Assembly: GCA_002436415.1 (NCBI GenBank)
Contig: DJMA01000012.1
Coordinates: 26,345-90,344, forward strand
DNA length: 64,000 nt
Reading direction: 5' to 3'
DNA from: Bdellovibrionaceae bacterium UBA6502
GTDB lineage: Bacteria; Bdellovibrionota; Bdellovibrionia; Bdellovibrionales; UBA840
The position numbers and the translations under genes are program-made. Of this stretch, positions 30,176-39,574 are shown piece after piece (position 1 is the stretch's first letter; each line of letters starts with the position of its first letter). The notes under the pieces are model-generated. The model had not been told where the DNA came from and did not search any database. It saw nothing but the letters and a program-made list of their open reading frames with translations.

Positions 30176-30763
30176 TTACAAACTCACCGCTTTAGCCTCT
30201 AAACAGAGTCTGAGCTGATTTTTAGCTCGATATATCAGCACTCCTAAATTAGTGCTGGTAACCTCAAGAATCTTACAAATTTCTTCACGACTCTCCCCTT
30301 CTACCTCCTGTAGGTAAAAGGCCTGCTTTTGCTTTTCAGCCAATGCCTCTAAACAGTTTTCGACCGCTTCCAGATCCTGACTTGCTCCAACGAAACGCTC
30401 AGGATCCATTGGCTGATTTGCCCAATGACCATCATTTGCAAACTGCATATCAATTAATGGATCAGGATTTTCTAAATCTACAAAGCGAGCGCTATGACGA
30501 CGTCTTTCCCTGATTTTATTATAAAGGATTCCAAAAAGAAAAGTACGGATATGAGACTTAGCTTCAAATCGTTCTATAGCGGCAAAGAAAGCCTCCCAAG
30601 TTTCAGCCACCACTTCCTCTGAGGCTACCGGCTCTTTTAGCTGAGCCATTGCCCCACGAAAAAGTACTACATTGTACTTTTCGACCAATAAGCTGACGGC
30701 TTGCATTTCTTTTTTCTTTAATCTTTCTATGAACTCTGATGAACTAAAATTATCCTTAGACAT
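30176..30763 (-). CDS. ECF-type RNA polymerase sigma-70 factor
   Basis: 195 aa. Region 2 (FLFGILYNKIRERRR) and region 4 HTH (SREEICKILEVTSTNLGVLIYRAKNQL). Confidence 0.85.
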   Translation of the reverse strand: MSKDNFSSSEFIERLKKKEMQAVSLLVEKYNVVLFRGAMAQLKEPVASEEVVAETWEAFFAAIERFEAKSHIRTFLFGILYNKIRERRRHSARFVDLENPDPLIDMQFANDGHWANQPMDPERFVGASQDLEAVENCLEALAEKQKQAFYLQEVEGESREEICKILEVTSTNLGVLIYRAKNQLRLCLEAKAVSL

Positions 30764-30776
30764 TAAAAGCCTCTCT

Positions 30777-31658
30777 TTAAAGCCTTGGACTATCAGAAAA
30801 ATTAACGGAACTACTTACCAAATGTAAATCTCGTTGCGGGAAAGGTATAACAATGTCTTTCTCACGAAAGGCTTTATCAATGCTAAATCGAAGATCCGAT
30901 AGGACCAACTCCCGATCCCAAAGATCATCAACCCAAACTCTTAAATCAAAAACCAAAGCCGAGTCCCCAAAATCTTCAAACAATACTTTTGGATGCGGAG
31001 ACTTTAACACTTTATCATTGCGATAGGCCACATCTACTAATGTGGATTTGACTAATTCTACATCACTACCGTAAGCCACACCAACACTTAAGTTTAATCG
31101 AATTTTTTCACCTGAAAAACTGTCGTTTACAACCTGCTCTGAAATAAATTGGCTATTTGGAACGATAATGACAACATCATCACGAGTTAAAATTAAAGTA
31201 GATCTAGCTTGGATATCTAAAACTTTTCCGCGAACTCCTTTAACCTCAACCATATCCCCTTTTTTAATGGGACGTTCAATTAAAATGATAATTCCTGACA
31301 TGAAATTTTGCGTGATGTTTTGCAAACCAAAACCAATCCCGACCCCAAGAACAGCACCAAAAGCAGCTAAACTACTCAAGTTAAAACCTAAGGAATCTAG
31401 TGCGATCCAAATACCAATAACTACGATCAAATAACGAGAAAATCTCTCTAAAGAGGCCTTTACCCCAGGATCAATATCTCGATCTTCAAGCGCTCTACGA
31501 ACTAAAGCCTCACCCGCTCTAGCCAAGACAAAGGAGGACCATAAAAGTCCTCCTGCCAAAACCACCGAAAACACAGAGATCTTGTTACCACTTAACTCAA
31601 AAATAGGTGTACTTAATAATTTCCAGACAAAATGGAGACTCTCACCAACGGCATCCAA
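30777..31658 (-). CDS. MscS-family mechanosensitive ion channel
   Basis: 293 aa. Three TM helices, then the beta-domain motif IERPIKKGDMVEVKGVRGKVLDI. Confidence 0.85.
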   Translation of the reverse strand: MDAVGESLHFVWKLLSTPIFELSGNKISVFSVVLAGGLLWSSFVLARAGEALVRRALEDRDIDPGVKASLERFSRYLIVVIGIWIALDSLGFNLSSLAAFGAVLGVGIGFGLQNITQNFMSGIIILIERPIKKGDMVEVKGVRGKVLDIQARSTLILTRDDVVIIVPNSQFISEQVVNDSFSGEKIRLNLSVGVAYGSDVELVKSTLVDVAYRNDKVLKSPHPKVLFEDFGDSALVFDLRVWVDDLWDRELVLSDLRFSIDKAFREKDIVIPFPQRDLHLVSSSVNFSDSPRL

Positions 31659-31675
31659 CTACAGACTCCTAGATC

Positions 31676-32143
31676 TTATAACTTTTTTAGTTCATCAATT
31701 GGAAACAACGGAAGATCTGCACCCAAAATACATGCTTGGCGCGCAATCTTTTTCCCTTGAGGAGTTTCCAACCAATTTAACTGAACCCAAATCTCCATCA
31801 TCTTATGAACTTCATCATAAAAACTTAGTCCTTCAACGTCTTCGCCCTGAAGTAAAGCATTGGTTTCATCCTCTTCTGCTTCTCCGAGCCACTCCATAAA
31901 CTGCACCTGTTGAGATGCACTTGCAGCTTCAGATAAAACTTTCTTTTTATTTTCTCTCTCTAAAACAATTTTGCTAATCAAAGGATCAATTTTTGCTCCT
32001 GTGGATGATTGGCTTTTAGTCATTGTTAATGGTGATTCCGTTGCAGCTCCTGTCGCTTGCTGCTCTGCGTCCGCTTCTAATCCTTCTAACACCTTTGATG
32101 CCTCACTCAATGTTGTATTGTTGATGTTTAATCCCGTGCTCAT
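31676..32143 (-). CDS. Hypothetical acidic protein
   Basis: 155-aa ORF, 17 nt upstream of mscS on the same strand. No recognisable domain. Confidence 0.4.
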   Translation of the reverse strand: MSTGLNINNTTLSEASKVLEGLEADAEQQATGAATESPLTMTKSQSSTGAKIDPLISKIVLERENKKKVLSEAASASQQVQFMEWLGEAEEDETNALLQGEDVEGLSFYDEVHKMMEIWVQLNWLETPQGKKIARQACILGADLPLFPIDELKKL

Positions 32144-32264
32144 AGAGTCCTTCCTTGTTGAATATCCATCCTTAGCACTATAAATTGAAGCATAGATTTC
32201 CTATTTTCTACAAGTGAAAATAGAAACTTGATGACAATAAACACAGTTTGTCAACGGAGACACT

Positions 32265-33638
32265 ATGTCGATTAGCATGACTGAGATTTTTAAAATTGGA
32301 ATTGGCCCCTCAAGCTCTCACACCGTCGGTCCAATGTTAGCCGCTAGCTTGTTTTGTGAAAAAATAATTTCAGAAAACTTAAAAGACAAAGTGCACTCCA
32401 TTGAAGTTGACCTCTTTGGCTCCTTGGCATTAACCGGAAAAGGACATGGCACTGATAAGGCCATCTGCTTAGGTTTAATGGGAGACACACCAGAAAATGT
32501 AGATTTAGACCAAATCGACTATAAGTTATCCTTAGCTCAAAACGGCAGTCTCATTCACTATCGCGATGAGTTTCAGTTTGAATTTCAATTTTCAAGCCAT
32601 TTACACTTTTTAAGAAAACAATCTCTGCCACAACATCCAAATGGAATGCGCTTTCGCGCAAAAGCGAAAAATGAGGAAGAAATTTTAATTAAAAACTACT
32701 ACTCCGTTGGTGGCGGTTTCGTAGTTGATGAGCAACAAGGAAAAGAAGGCGATTTCATTGGAGCTCCAGTTAAAGTTCCCTATCCATTTAAAAGCGGACA
32801 AGACATTTTAGACTTGTGCAAAGAAGAAGGCTTAAGCATCAGTAGCTTAATGTACAAAAACGAGGACGCTTACCGCCCTCGAATTGAAACCGAAAAATAC
32901 CTAGACAGCATTTGGCAATGCATGAGCGACTGCATTGATCGCGGCTGTAAAAATGAGGGAATTTTGCCTGGTGGTTTAAAAGTAAAAAGACGCGCTGCCA
33001 ATCTTCTTCGCAGGCTAAAAAATTCTCACTCAAGCAAAGACCCTTTCATAATCATGGACTGGGTAGACTTATGGGCTTTGGCTGTTAATGAAGAGAATGC
33101 TGGCGGAGGACGAGTTGTTACCGCACCAACAAACGGCGCTGCCGGAGTTCTTCCAGCAGTTATAAAATATTATACAAAGGTAAACCCTGACTATAACTCA
33201 GAAGACATTCATCGTTTTTTACTAACAGCCGCCGCTGTGGGAATTCTCTATAAAATTAATGCAAGTATTTCTGGAGCCGAAGTTGGCTGCCAAGGTGAAG
33301 TTGGTGTGGCTTGTTCTATGGCTGCAGCTGGTTTAACTGAAATCATGGGAGGAAGTCCATCACAAGTTGAAAATGCTGCTGAAATCGGTATGGAACACAA
33401 CCTAGGATTAACTTGTGATCCCGTTGGTGGTTTAGTTCAAGTTCCTTGCATTGAAAGAAACGCGATGGGCGCCATTAAAGCAATCAATGCTTCAAGGCTG
33501 GCCCTCCAAGGTGATGGCTCACACAAAGTCTCTTTAGATAAAGTAATTAAAACCATGCGCGAAACCGGTGCCGACATGAAATCAAAGTACAAAGAAACGG
33601 CTCGCGGAGGCTTGGCAGTTAACATCATTGAATGTTAA
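32265..33638 (+). CDS. sdaA: L-serine dehydratase (single-chain, Fe-S type)
   Basis: 457 aa. [15 protein letters not shown]-terminus and the [18 protein letters not shown] cluster region. Confidence 0.93.
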   Translation: MSISMTEIFKIGIGPSSSHTVGPMLAASLFCEKIISENLKDKVHSIEVDLFGSLALTGKGHGTDKAICLGLMGDTPENVDLDQIDYKLSLAQNGSLIHYRDEFQFEFQFSSHLHFLRKQSLPQHPNGMRFRAKAKNEEEILIKNYYSVGGGFVVDEQQGKEGDFIGAPVKVPYPFKSGQDILDLCKEEGLSISSLMYKNEDAYRPRIETEKYLDSIWQCMSDCIDRGCKNEGILPGGLKVKRRAANLLRRLKNSHSSKDPFIIMDWVDLWALAVNEENAGGGRVVTAPTNGAAGVLPAVIKYYTKVNPDYNSEDIHRFLLTAAAVGILYKINASISGAEVGCQGEVGVACSMAAAGLTEIMGGSPSQVENAAEIGMEHNLGLTCDPVGGLVQVPCIERNAMGAIKAINASRLALQGDGSHKVSLDKVIKTMRETGADMKSKYKETARGGLAVNIIEC

Positions 33639-33857
33639 GACAAGCTTGTCTCAGAAAGGTTTTAAAAAATCACCAAAGCCTCTAGCTTTCGCTTTTGTCT
33701 GTTTCTCCTGCCCTCACTCTTTTAATATTAAGCAAGGTAAGAGAATCGTACAAAAGTAACAGAACACTAGGCTTTATTCGCTCTACTTCTATTTATTACA
33801 GCCCTTTTCCATCACAGTCTTTACGATTCTTTTCCTCTTAGATAGCGAGGAGATAAA

Positions 33858-34535
33858 ATGGATATCGTATATCAAATCATCGACAAAAGAAAATACACGC
33901 ACGCAAAATTAGCTACAGACTTTTTATGTGAACGAGACAAACAACACTTAGAAAAAATCGAAACCATAGGAAAAAAATTTGATTTCGTACTCGGTCGAAA
34001 TTTACTGAAAAACTTTCTAGAAAAATATTGCCTACAAAAAATTAAGACTTTAGAGCTAGAGTATTCCTCCAATGGCAAACCCTACCTAAAAGATCAGCAA
34101 GTCTTTTTCAATTTAGCTCATTCAGGCAACTACATCATAGTAATAGCCTCTAGCAATCCTTGCGGCGTTGATCTACAGAGAGAAGAAAATCTAGATCGTC
34201 CTGAATTTTTGTGGGAAAGAATTGCTCACGAAGAAGAGCTTTACCAACACATAGACGTTTCGCCCCACTTTATTTTGAAAACATGGACACAAAAAGAGGC
34301 TGTGACAAAATGCTATGATCATACCGATACCGGTAGCTTTTCTAGTATCAATCTTTCTAATCAAAAAGAGACTCGATCCATTGCATGGCACAGGGAACAC
34401 TTTTTTCTCAAGAGCATCCAGTTTAGCGACAAAGACGATAACTACTTTTGTGAAATCGCCTCCATTGGAAAAAAGTTTGATCATCCTATTGATTTACACG
34501 AAGTTAAGTTTTTTAGAACAAACGAAGCGATCTGA
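33858..34535 (+). CDS. Sfp-type 4'-phosphopantetheinyl transferase
   Basis: 225 aa. FNLAHSGNYIIVIAS...GVDLQ and WTQKEAVTK motifs. Confidence 0.7.
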   Translation: MDIVYQIIDKRKYTHAKLATDFLCERDKQHLEKIETIGKKFDFVLGRNLLKNFLEKYCLQKIKTLELEYSSNGKPYLKDQQVFFNLAHSGNYIIVIASSNPCGVDLQREENLDRPEFLWERIAHEEELYQHIDVSPHFILKTWTQKEAVTKCYDHTDTGSFSSINLSNQKETRSIAWHREHFFLKSIQFSDKDDNYFCEIASIGKKFDHPIDLHEVKFFRTNEAI

Positions 34536-34594
34536 AAAATCTTATTTCTCTTTGCATTTTCAAGGAAGCTCTTTAATATGAAATTAAGGAGAAA

Positions 34595-34993
34595 GTGATG
34601 AGTATTAGAGAGATTCTAAGTGAGTATAAAAACATTTACGTTCTTGGTATTAGTCCTAAAAAAGATAGGGACTCTTACCGAGTGGCAAAATACATGAAAG
34701 ATCAAAATTACAATGTCATTGGAATACGCCCTAACACCGAAAAAATAGAAGACATTCCCTGCGTCTCTAGCATTTCTGACATTCCCTCAGAAATTGAAAT
34801 CTTAGATGTGTTCAGAGCCTCAGAACACATTCCACAAATTGTTGATGAAGCCATTAAACATTCGAAGGTAAAAGTTTTGTGGCTACAGCTGGGCATTAGC
34901 CATCCTGAAGCAGAAGAAAAGGCAAAAAAGGCAGGAATAAAAGTTATCACCGATCACTGCATAAAAGTAGAACACCAAAAATTGAGTGTTTAA
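34595..34993 (+). CDS. CoA-binding domain protein (YccU/YneT-like)
   Basis: 132 aa. IYVLGISPKKDRDSYRVAKYM... has a CoA_binding_2-like pattern. Confidence 0.65.
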   Translation: MMSIREILSEYKNIYVLGISPKKDRDSYRVAKYMKDQNYNVIGIRPNTEKIEDIPCVSSISDIPSEIEILDVFRASEHIPQIVDEAIKHSKVKVLWLQLGISHPEAEEKAKKAGIKVITDHCIKVEHQKLSV

Positions 34994-36169
34994 ATGTGTT
35001 ACGCTGCTCTTGTTGAACAAAACGCTTTAAAACTAGCTAAAGACTTTGACGCCGATATTTATTGGCAAGGAGTTGCAAACAGCCTTCAACATCGCGCAAA
35101 GGCAAAGCTGCTTCCAAAAGCTACTAGCTTTGATCATTTTTTGCAACACACAGACAGCAACGAAGAAATTGAAGGATTATTTAAACAAATTTTAGAGCAA
35201 GAAAAGCAAAACTTAGAACAAAACATTGAAAATGTAAAAAATGAAATTTATGACCTCAATTACGAACTCGCCGCCAAAGAAAGAAAAACTCTTCGCCAAA
35301 AATTAGAGGCCAAACAGCGAAAACTACAAAGACTTGAAGCCATTAACAAATCCCCTGCCCCTAAGAACAGTTTTGAGTTTACCTACCCTCACCAAAATTT
35401 ATTCGCTGTCTATTTTAATGAAGGGCAACTTGAAGTAAGTAGTTTTGAATATGGGCATTTTCGAGAAACAGGAAATCCTTTAGAAGATATTTTATTTCAT
35501 ATCAATCACTCTCCCAGCCGAAAAGCCTATGGGCTCTACAACACCCGCATAGAAAGTTTGACTCCAGAGTATCGAAAAAAAGTGGCGCTTCAGCTCTTAA
35601 AATCTAAAAACCAGCGGATACGACAGGCCAAACAGAACCTTAAAGACTATCAAGAGGCAAAGGGCTTTTTTACCGAAAACAAAATTAAAAACATCCATAG
35701 CTTTCTTCAAAAGTATAGTCTGAGCGATGATTATTTAAAACAAATTGACCCTATTGAAACTAGCTATTTACAGGAAATTTTCCCAAAAAAAAGAGCTATC
35801 ATCATTGCAAAGGCTTTTGAAGAAAGTGTTCTCAGTAAGGATTATTATCCCGATCAAAAAGGCCTAGCAAACTCTAAACATCTACCCATTGAGTTTTTCT
35901 TCGAAAAGCAGCTAATGTATTTTCCTGCAATTTACAGTAAAAGTTTAAATCCTATGTTGCCTCTAAATGGGATATCCATTATCACCATGCCGCCACGAGA
36001 TGAAGTAGCAAAAGCCGGTCACGACCGTTCTCCTATTTGTTTAAATAAAGAGGCAGCCTTGGAATACCTCACCGAAGAAAAGAGTCTGGAGGAATACCCT
36101 CATTTTTTCCAAAATAATCTCATTAAGGAAAAACTGAGTCACCAAGCTAAGGCTAAGACTATGTTTTAG
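34994..36169 (+). CDS. SRAP (YedK/HMCES-like) domain protein with large coiled-coil insertions
   Basis: 391 aa. Starts MC (Cys2). LYNTRIES (compare NARVET), RAIIIAKAFEE (compare RAICFADGWFEW) and ISIITMPP...GHDRSPICL (compare IHDRRPLVL) align with E. coli YedK. About 170 extra residues. Confidence 0.6.
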   Translation: MCYAALVEQNALKLAKDFDADIYWQGVANSLQHRAKAKLLPKATSFDHFLQHTDSNEEIEGLFKQILEQEKQNLEQNIENVKNEIYDLNYELAAKERKTLRQKLEAKQRKLQRLEAINKSPAPKNSFEFTYPHQNLFAVYFNEGQLEVSSFEYGHFRETGNPLEDILFHINHSPSRKAYGLYNTRIESLTPEYRKKVALQLLKSKNQRIRQAKQNLKDYQEAKGFFTENKIKNIHSFLQKYSLSDDYLKQIDPIETSYLQEIFPKKRAIIIAKAFEESVLSKDYYPDQKGLANSKHLPIEFFFEKQLMYFPAIYSKSLNPMLPLNGISIITMPPRDEVAKAGHDRSPICLNKEAALEYLTEEKSLEEYPHFFQNNLIKEKLSHQAKAKTMF

Positions 36170-36345
36170 TGTTATCTAAATCTATAACCGATAAAGTCTT
36201 TATCAAATGATTTAGGACAAACTCCCCTCAAACAAAGGCTCTTACAAAATACAATCCATTTCACAAAAGCCTGATATTTAAAGTTATTTTTATAATTTTT
36301 AGCTTTTTGATTTACCTTAAAATCAATAGGCCTATTATCTAGCCT

Positions 36346-36942
36346 ATGTTTTTATATCTAGGCCAACTTCTTTTAATTCACCTCGCTGCCGTAGCCTCTC
36401 CTGGCCCGGACAATTTGCTTGTACTCTCTTATAGCCACGGAGAATGGAAAAAGTCCCTAAAAATGGCAAGTGGTCTTACTCTTGGGATTTTTATTCATAG
36501 TTTTTTAGTGATCGCCGGAGTAGGAACTTTTTTTAGTAACCACCCCATTTTATTTCGAAGCTTACAATATCTTGGCGCTGCCTACCTCATTTACATTGGA
36601 AGTTCCGCCATTCGTGCCAGTTTCCAAAAAGTCGAAAATTCATTTGAAGAAAAAAAATCGAACAAACTTTTCTTAAAAGCCTTGATTACATTTTTAAGTA
36701 ACCCCAAAGCTTTTCTTTATTTCTTCAGTATTCTACCTGCTTTTTTAAAGCAAGATAGTAGCTTCCTTGACTATGTAATGGTGATCTTTGTAATTTGCGG
36801 AGTTTCTTTCTTGTGGTTTTTCGGACTAGGAATCTTAGTTGGCGTCAGTAAAAAAATCACCGACATTCAAAAGCATCCTTGGTATCTGCGTTTTGTGGGA
36901 GCTCTTTTTATACTCCTCGCACTAAAAGTCGCCTTAGATTAA
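36346..36942 (+). CDS. LysE/RhtB-family amino-acid exporter
   Basis: 198 aa with six hydrophobic helices. N-terminal ASPGPDNLLVL motif. Confidence 0.8.
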   Translation: MFLYLGQLLLIHLAAVASPGPDNLLVLSYSHGEWKKSLKMASGLTLGIFIHSFLVIAGVGTFFSNHPILFRSLQYLGAAYLIYIGSSAIRASFQKVENSFEEKKSNKLFLKALITFLSNPKAFLYFFSILPAFLKQDSSFLDYVMVIFVICGVSFLWFFGLGILVGVSKKITDIQKHPWYLRFVGALFILLALKVALD

Positions 36943-37039
36943 GCTCAAATCGATTCGCCATTTTGACGAGAGCTTCTTAGTTGACAGCAAATTACAAGCA
37001 ATCTTCGCATTCAATGAAGTAAAGTTATATACTAGCTCT

Positions 37040-37375
37040 ATGAGACGGACACTCTTTGCTCTAAGCTTTTTTATAATTTTACTTCATCCAAAAATGGCCA
37101 GTTCTTGTGAAATCATCTATGAGGATCCAACGGAAAAGGAATGGTTACTAGAGGAAGAAGTCTGTGAAGATAGCCTTGCCGCTTTGATTGAGCAATCTGT
37201 TATTAGTGAACAAGACTTACAGTACATTGATCTCGTCATAGAAATTATGCACCGAGGGCAAACACAGGTTTTATTGATAATTCAAGTTTGGGATGGAGAT
37301 TATTTAATCGGTAGTTATACTGCAACAAAAAGTTTAAACACTGAGTCCGACCAAGGACCCAGTGGTATTTTTTAA
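37040..37375 (+). CDS. Small secreted hypothetical protein
   Basis: 111-aa ORF with a signal peptide LFALSFFIILLHPKMASSC. Confidence 0.4.
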   Translation: MRRTLFALSFFIILLHPKMASSCEIIYEDPTEKEWLLEEEVCEDSLAALIEQSVISEQDLQYIDLVIEIMHRGQTQVLLIIQVWDGDYLIGSYTATKSLNTESDQGPSGIF

Positions 37376-38275
37376 CTACTGAACAGGCGTTAACCAGCCA
37401 TATTTGTCTTCTGTTTCTCCAGAAAACAATCCAAAAAACTGCTTTTGCAGTTGCGCTGTCAAATCACCGCGGGTTCCTGAGCCGACTTTAATGCCGTCCA
37501 CAGATCTCACCGGTGTGATCTCTGCTGCCGTACCACACATAATCAGTTCATCGGCTAAATACAAACTCTCTCTTGTAATGTTCTCTTCTACCACTTCAAT
37601 GGACTGATCTTTTAGAAGAGTGATAATTGTGTCACGTGTGATTCCTGGAAGAATACTAGAAGTCTTTGGTGGAGTATAAACCTTTGAGCCCTTCACGATA
37701 AATAAGTTTTCTCCTGAGCCTTCACTTACATAACCGTTTATGTCGAGCGCGATCCCTTCTTTGTATCCATGGCGTCTGGCTTCCATGGAAATCAATTGTG
37801 AAGACAAATAATTGCCTCCAGCCTTGGCTCCTGTAGGCATTGTATTAGGCGCTAGGCGACTCCAAGAAGAAACCCCTGCATCAACACCATTCTCGAGCGC
37901 TCCTTCACCAAGGTAAGTTCCCCACGGAAAAGCTGCTACAATCACGTCGGTTTCAGTATCAAATGGAACAGCGATACCCATCCCTACTTTTCCATAAAAA
38001 ACCAATGGTCGAATATAAGCTTCTTTTAATCCATTTACTTTAATCGTCTGTTTGATAGCCTCGTCGATATCATCGATGCTGTGGGCGATACCCATTCGGT
38101 AAATTTTCGCCGAATCGAAAAGCCTTTGACTATGCTCTCGTAGACGGAACACACAAGTGCCTTTATGAGGTGTATTGTATGCGCGAATTCCTTCAAAAAC
38201 AGAAGAGCCATAATGTAAAGCATGAGCCATTACGTGAACTGTAGCTTTTTCCCAGTCAATGATCTCACCGTTCAT
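37376..38275 (-). CDS. ilvE: Branched-chain amino acid aminotransferase
   Basis: 299 aa. HVMAHALHYGSSVFEGIRAY and the class IV aminotransferase pattern. The start may be an upstream ATT at 38305 (see findings). Confidence 0.93.
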   Translation of the reverse strand: MNGEIIDWEKATVHVMAHALHYGSSVFEGIRAYNTPHKGTCVFRLREHSQRLFDSAKIYRMGIAHSIDDIDEAIKQTIKVNGLKEAYIRPLVFYGKVGMGIAVPFDTETDVIVAAFPWGTYLGEGALENGVDAGVSSWSRLAPNTMPTGAKAGGNYLSSQLISMEARRHGYKEGIALDINGYVSEGSGENLFIVKGSKVYTPPKTSSILPGITRDTIITLLKDQSIEVVEENITRESLYLADELIMCGTAAEITPVRSVDGIKVGSGTRGDLTAQLQKQFFGLFSGETEDKYGWLTPVQ

Positions 38276-38466
38276 CCAAATTTTTTCTGCTAACTTCTTA
38301 GAAATTTTAGCCCCCTAGGTTGATGCCGCGATCATACAATATAAGTCGATAAAATGCAATTTAGGCTTTATAAATGTCACTTCAACCGGCTTAAATCAAT
38401 TTCTGTTAAGCTCTTTTTTTAGAAATTCCACTGAAATAGGCAAGATCCAAAGGGAATAAATATAGC

Positions 38467-38609
38467 TGCCCTCATAATTGCGGACCAATATAATACAAAA
38501 AGTAAAAAAGCCTTTTGAATTCTTTCTGCATTAAAACCAATTTTTCATAGTTTATAGTTATCTAATGCTTTCTTATGGCTATGAACCTTCATCCTCAATT
38601 AGATGAAAT
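38467..38609 (+). mobile_element. Degenerate third copy (C) of the ~144-bp TIR element
   Basis: Left end matches 14/19 to the TIR (GCCCTCATAATTGCGGA). Right end has CTTCATCCTCAATTAGA. Same 143-bp length. Internal AAAAGTA, TTTTGAATT and TTATGG blocks are shared with copy A. Confidence 0.35.
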
Positions 38610-38791
38610 AGTTCGGGAACATTTTAGGCTAATATAAAACCTTAGCCCCTTGGTTTTTCACAGAAGCATTCGGTTTGATATATAAAAATTGTATCTTTTC
38701 CATGGTGCGGGCGATTGCACCACTTTGGTGCGCAAATCCTTTGCCTATGCTCACTCTCCTGCTACAACCCCTTTCAGAGGGAAAAAAACTG

Positions 38792-39574
38792 ATGACTACA
38801 GATTGCTTTAAAACCTATTTGCAAGAAGAGTTTGTTAGGCGTTGTCGAAACAACAAAGCCTACAGCCTTCGATCCTTTGCTAGGCAACTGTCGATCAATC
38901 ACTCCAGTCTCTCTAGGATACTTAGTGGGAAAAGAGCTTTATCAGAAAATATGATTCAAAAATTAGCGGAACAACTTGAGTTAGCTCCGAATGAAATTGA
39001 ATACTTTATATCCAAAAAAACGACTCCCCAGAGTCTAAAAAAGTCTCTGCAGCTTGGCGCTGATGAATTTCGCTATATTAGTGAATGGTATTACCTTGCT
39101 CTTTTAGAACTAATTAAAATTGATTCTAAGGAAGACACTAACTTTTATGCAAAACGTTTGGGGATCAAAAGCATTCAAGTGCAATTAGCTCTTGAAACTC
39201 TCCAACGACTAAAACTAATAGAAAAATCAAATACAGGTGAATGGCTTATAAAAGCTGAGGACGGGACCAATAGCTGCACCCACCACTCCACCACTGCTGC
39301 TAAAAAGAAATACCAAAAACAAGTTTTTACGATGGCATTAGAAGCCATTGATAATATTGATGTAACTAAAAGAAGTCATTCTGGAGTAAGCATGGCAATA
39401 AACTCTAAAAAAATTGCCGACGCGAAAGCGCGGATTGCCAGTTTTCGAGAGGAAATTTGTGAGTTCCTCCAAGAAGGCGAGCTAGATCAGGTATACCATC
39501 TAGGAGTCTGTTTATTCCCTATGACAATTTTAGAAAACGAAAAAAACAAAAAAGAAAAAGGAGTCAAAAAATGA
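38792..39574 (+). CDS. HTH regulator resembling the TIGR02147 (DUF4423-containing) family
   Basis: YSLRSFARQLSINHSSLSRILSGKRALSENMIQKLAEQLEL is an XRE-like HTH, with a C-terminal domain as in the TIGR02147 paralogous family. Start chosen at MTTDCF (38792). Confidence 0.5.
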   Translation: MTTDCFKTYLQEEFVRRCRNNKAYSLRSFARQLSINHSSLSRILSGKRALSENMIQKLAEQLELAPNEIEYFISKKTTPQSLKKSLQLGADEFRYISEWYYLALLELIKIDSKEDTNFYAKRLGIKSIQVQLALETLQRLKLIEKSNTGEWLIKAEDGTNSCTHHSTTAAKKKYQKQVFTMALEAIDNIDVTKRSHSGVSMAINSKKIADAKARIASFREEICEFLQEGELDQVYHLGVCLFPMTILENEKNKKEKGVKK

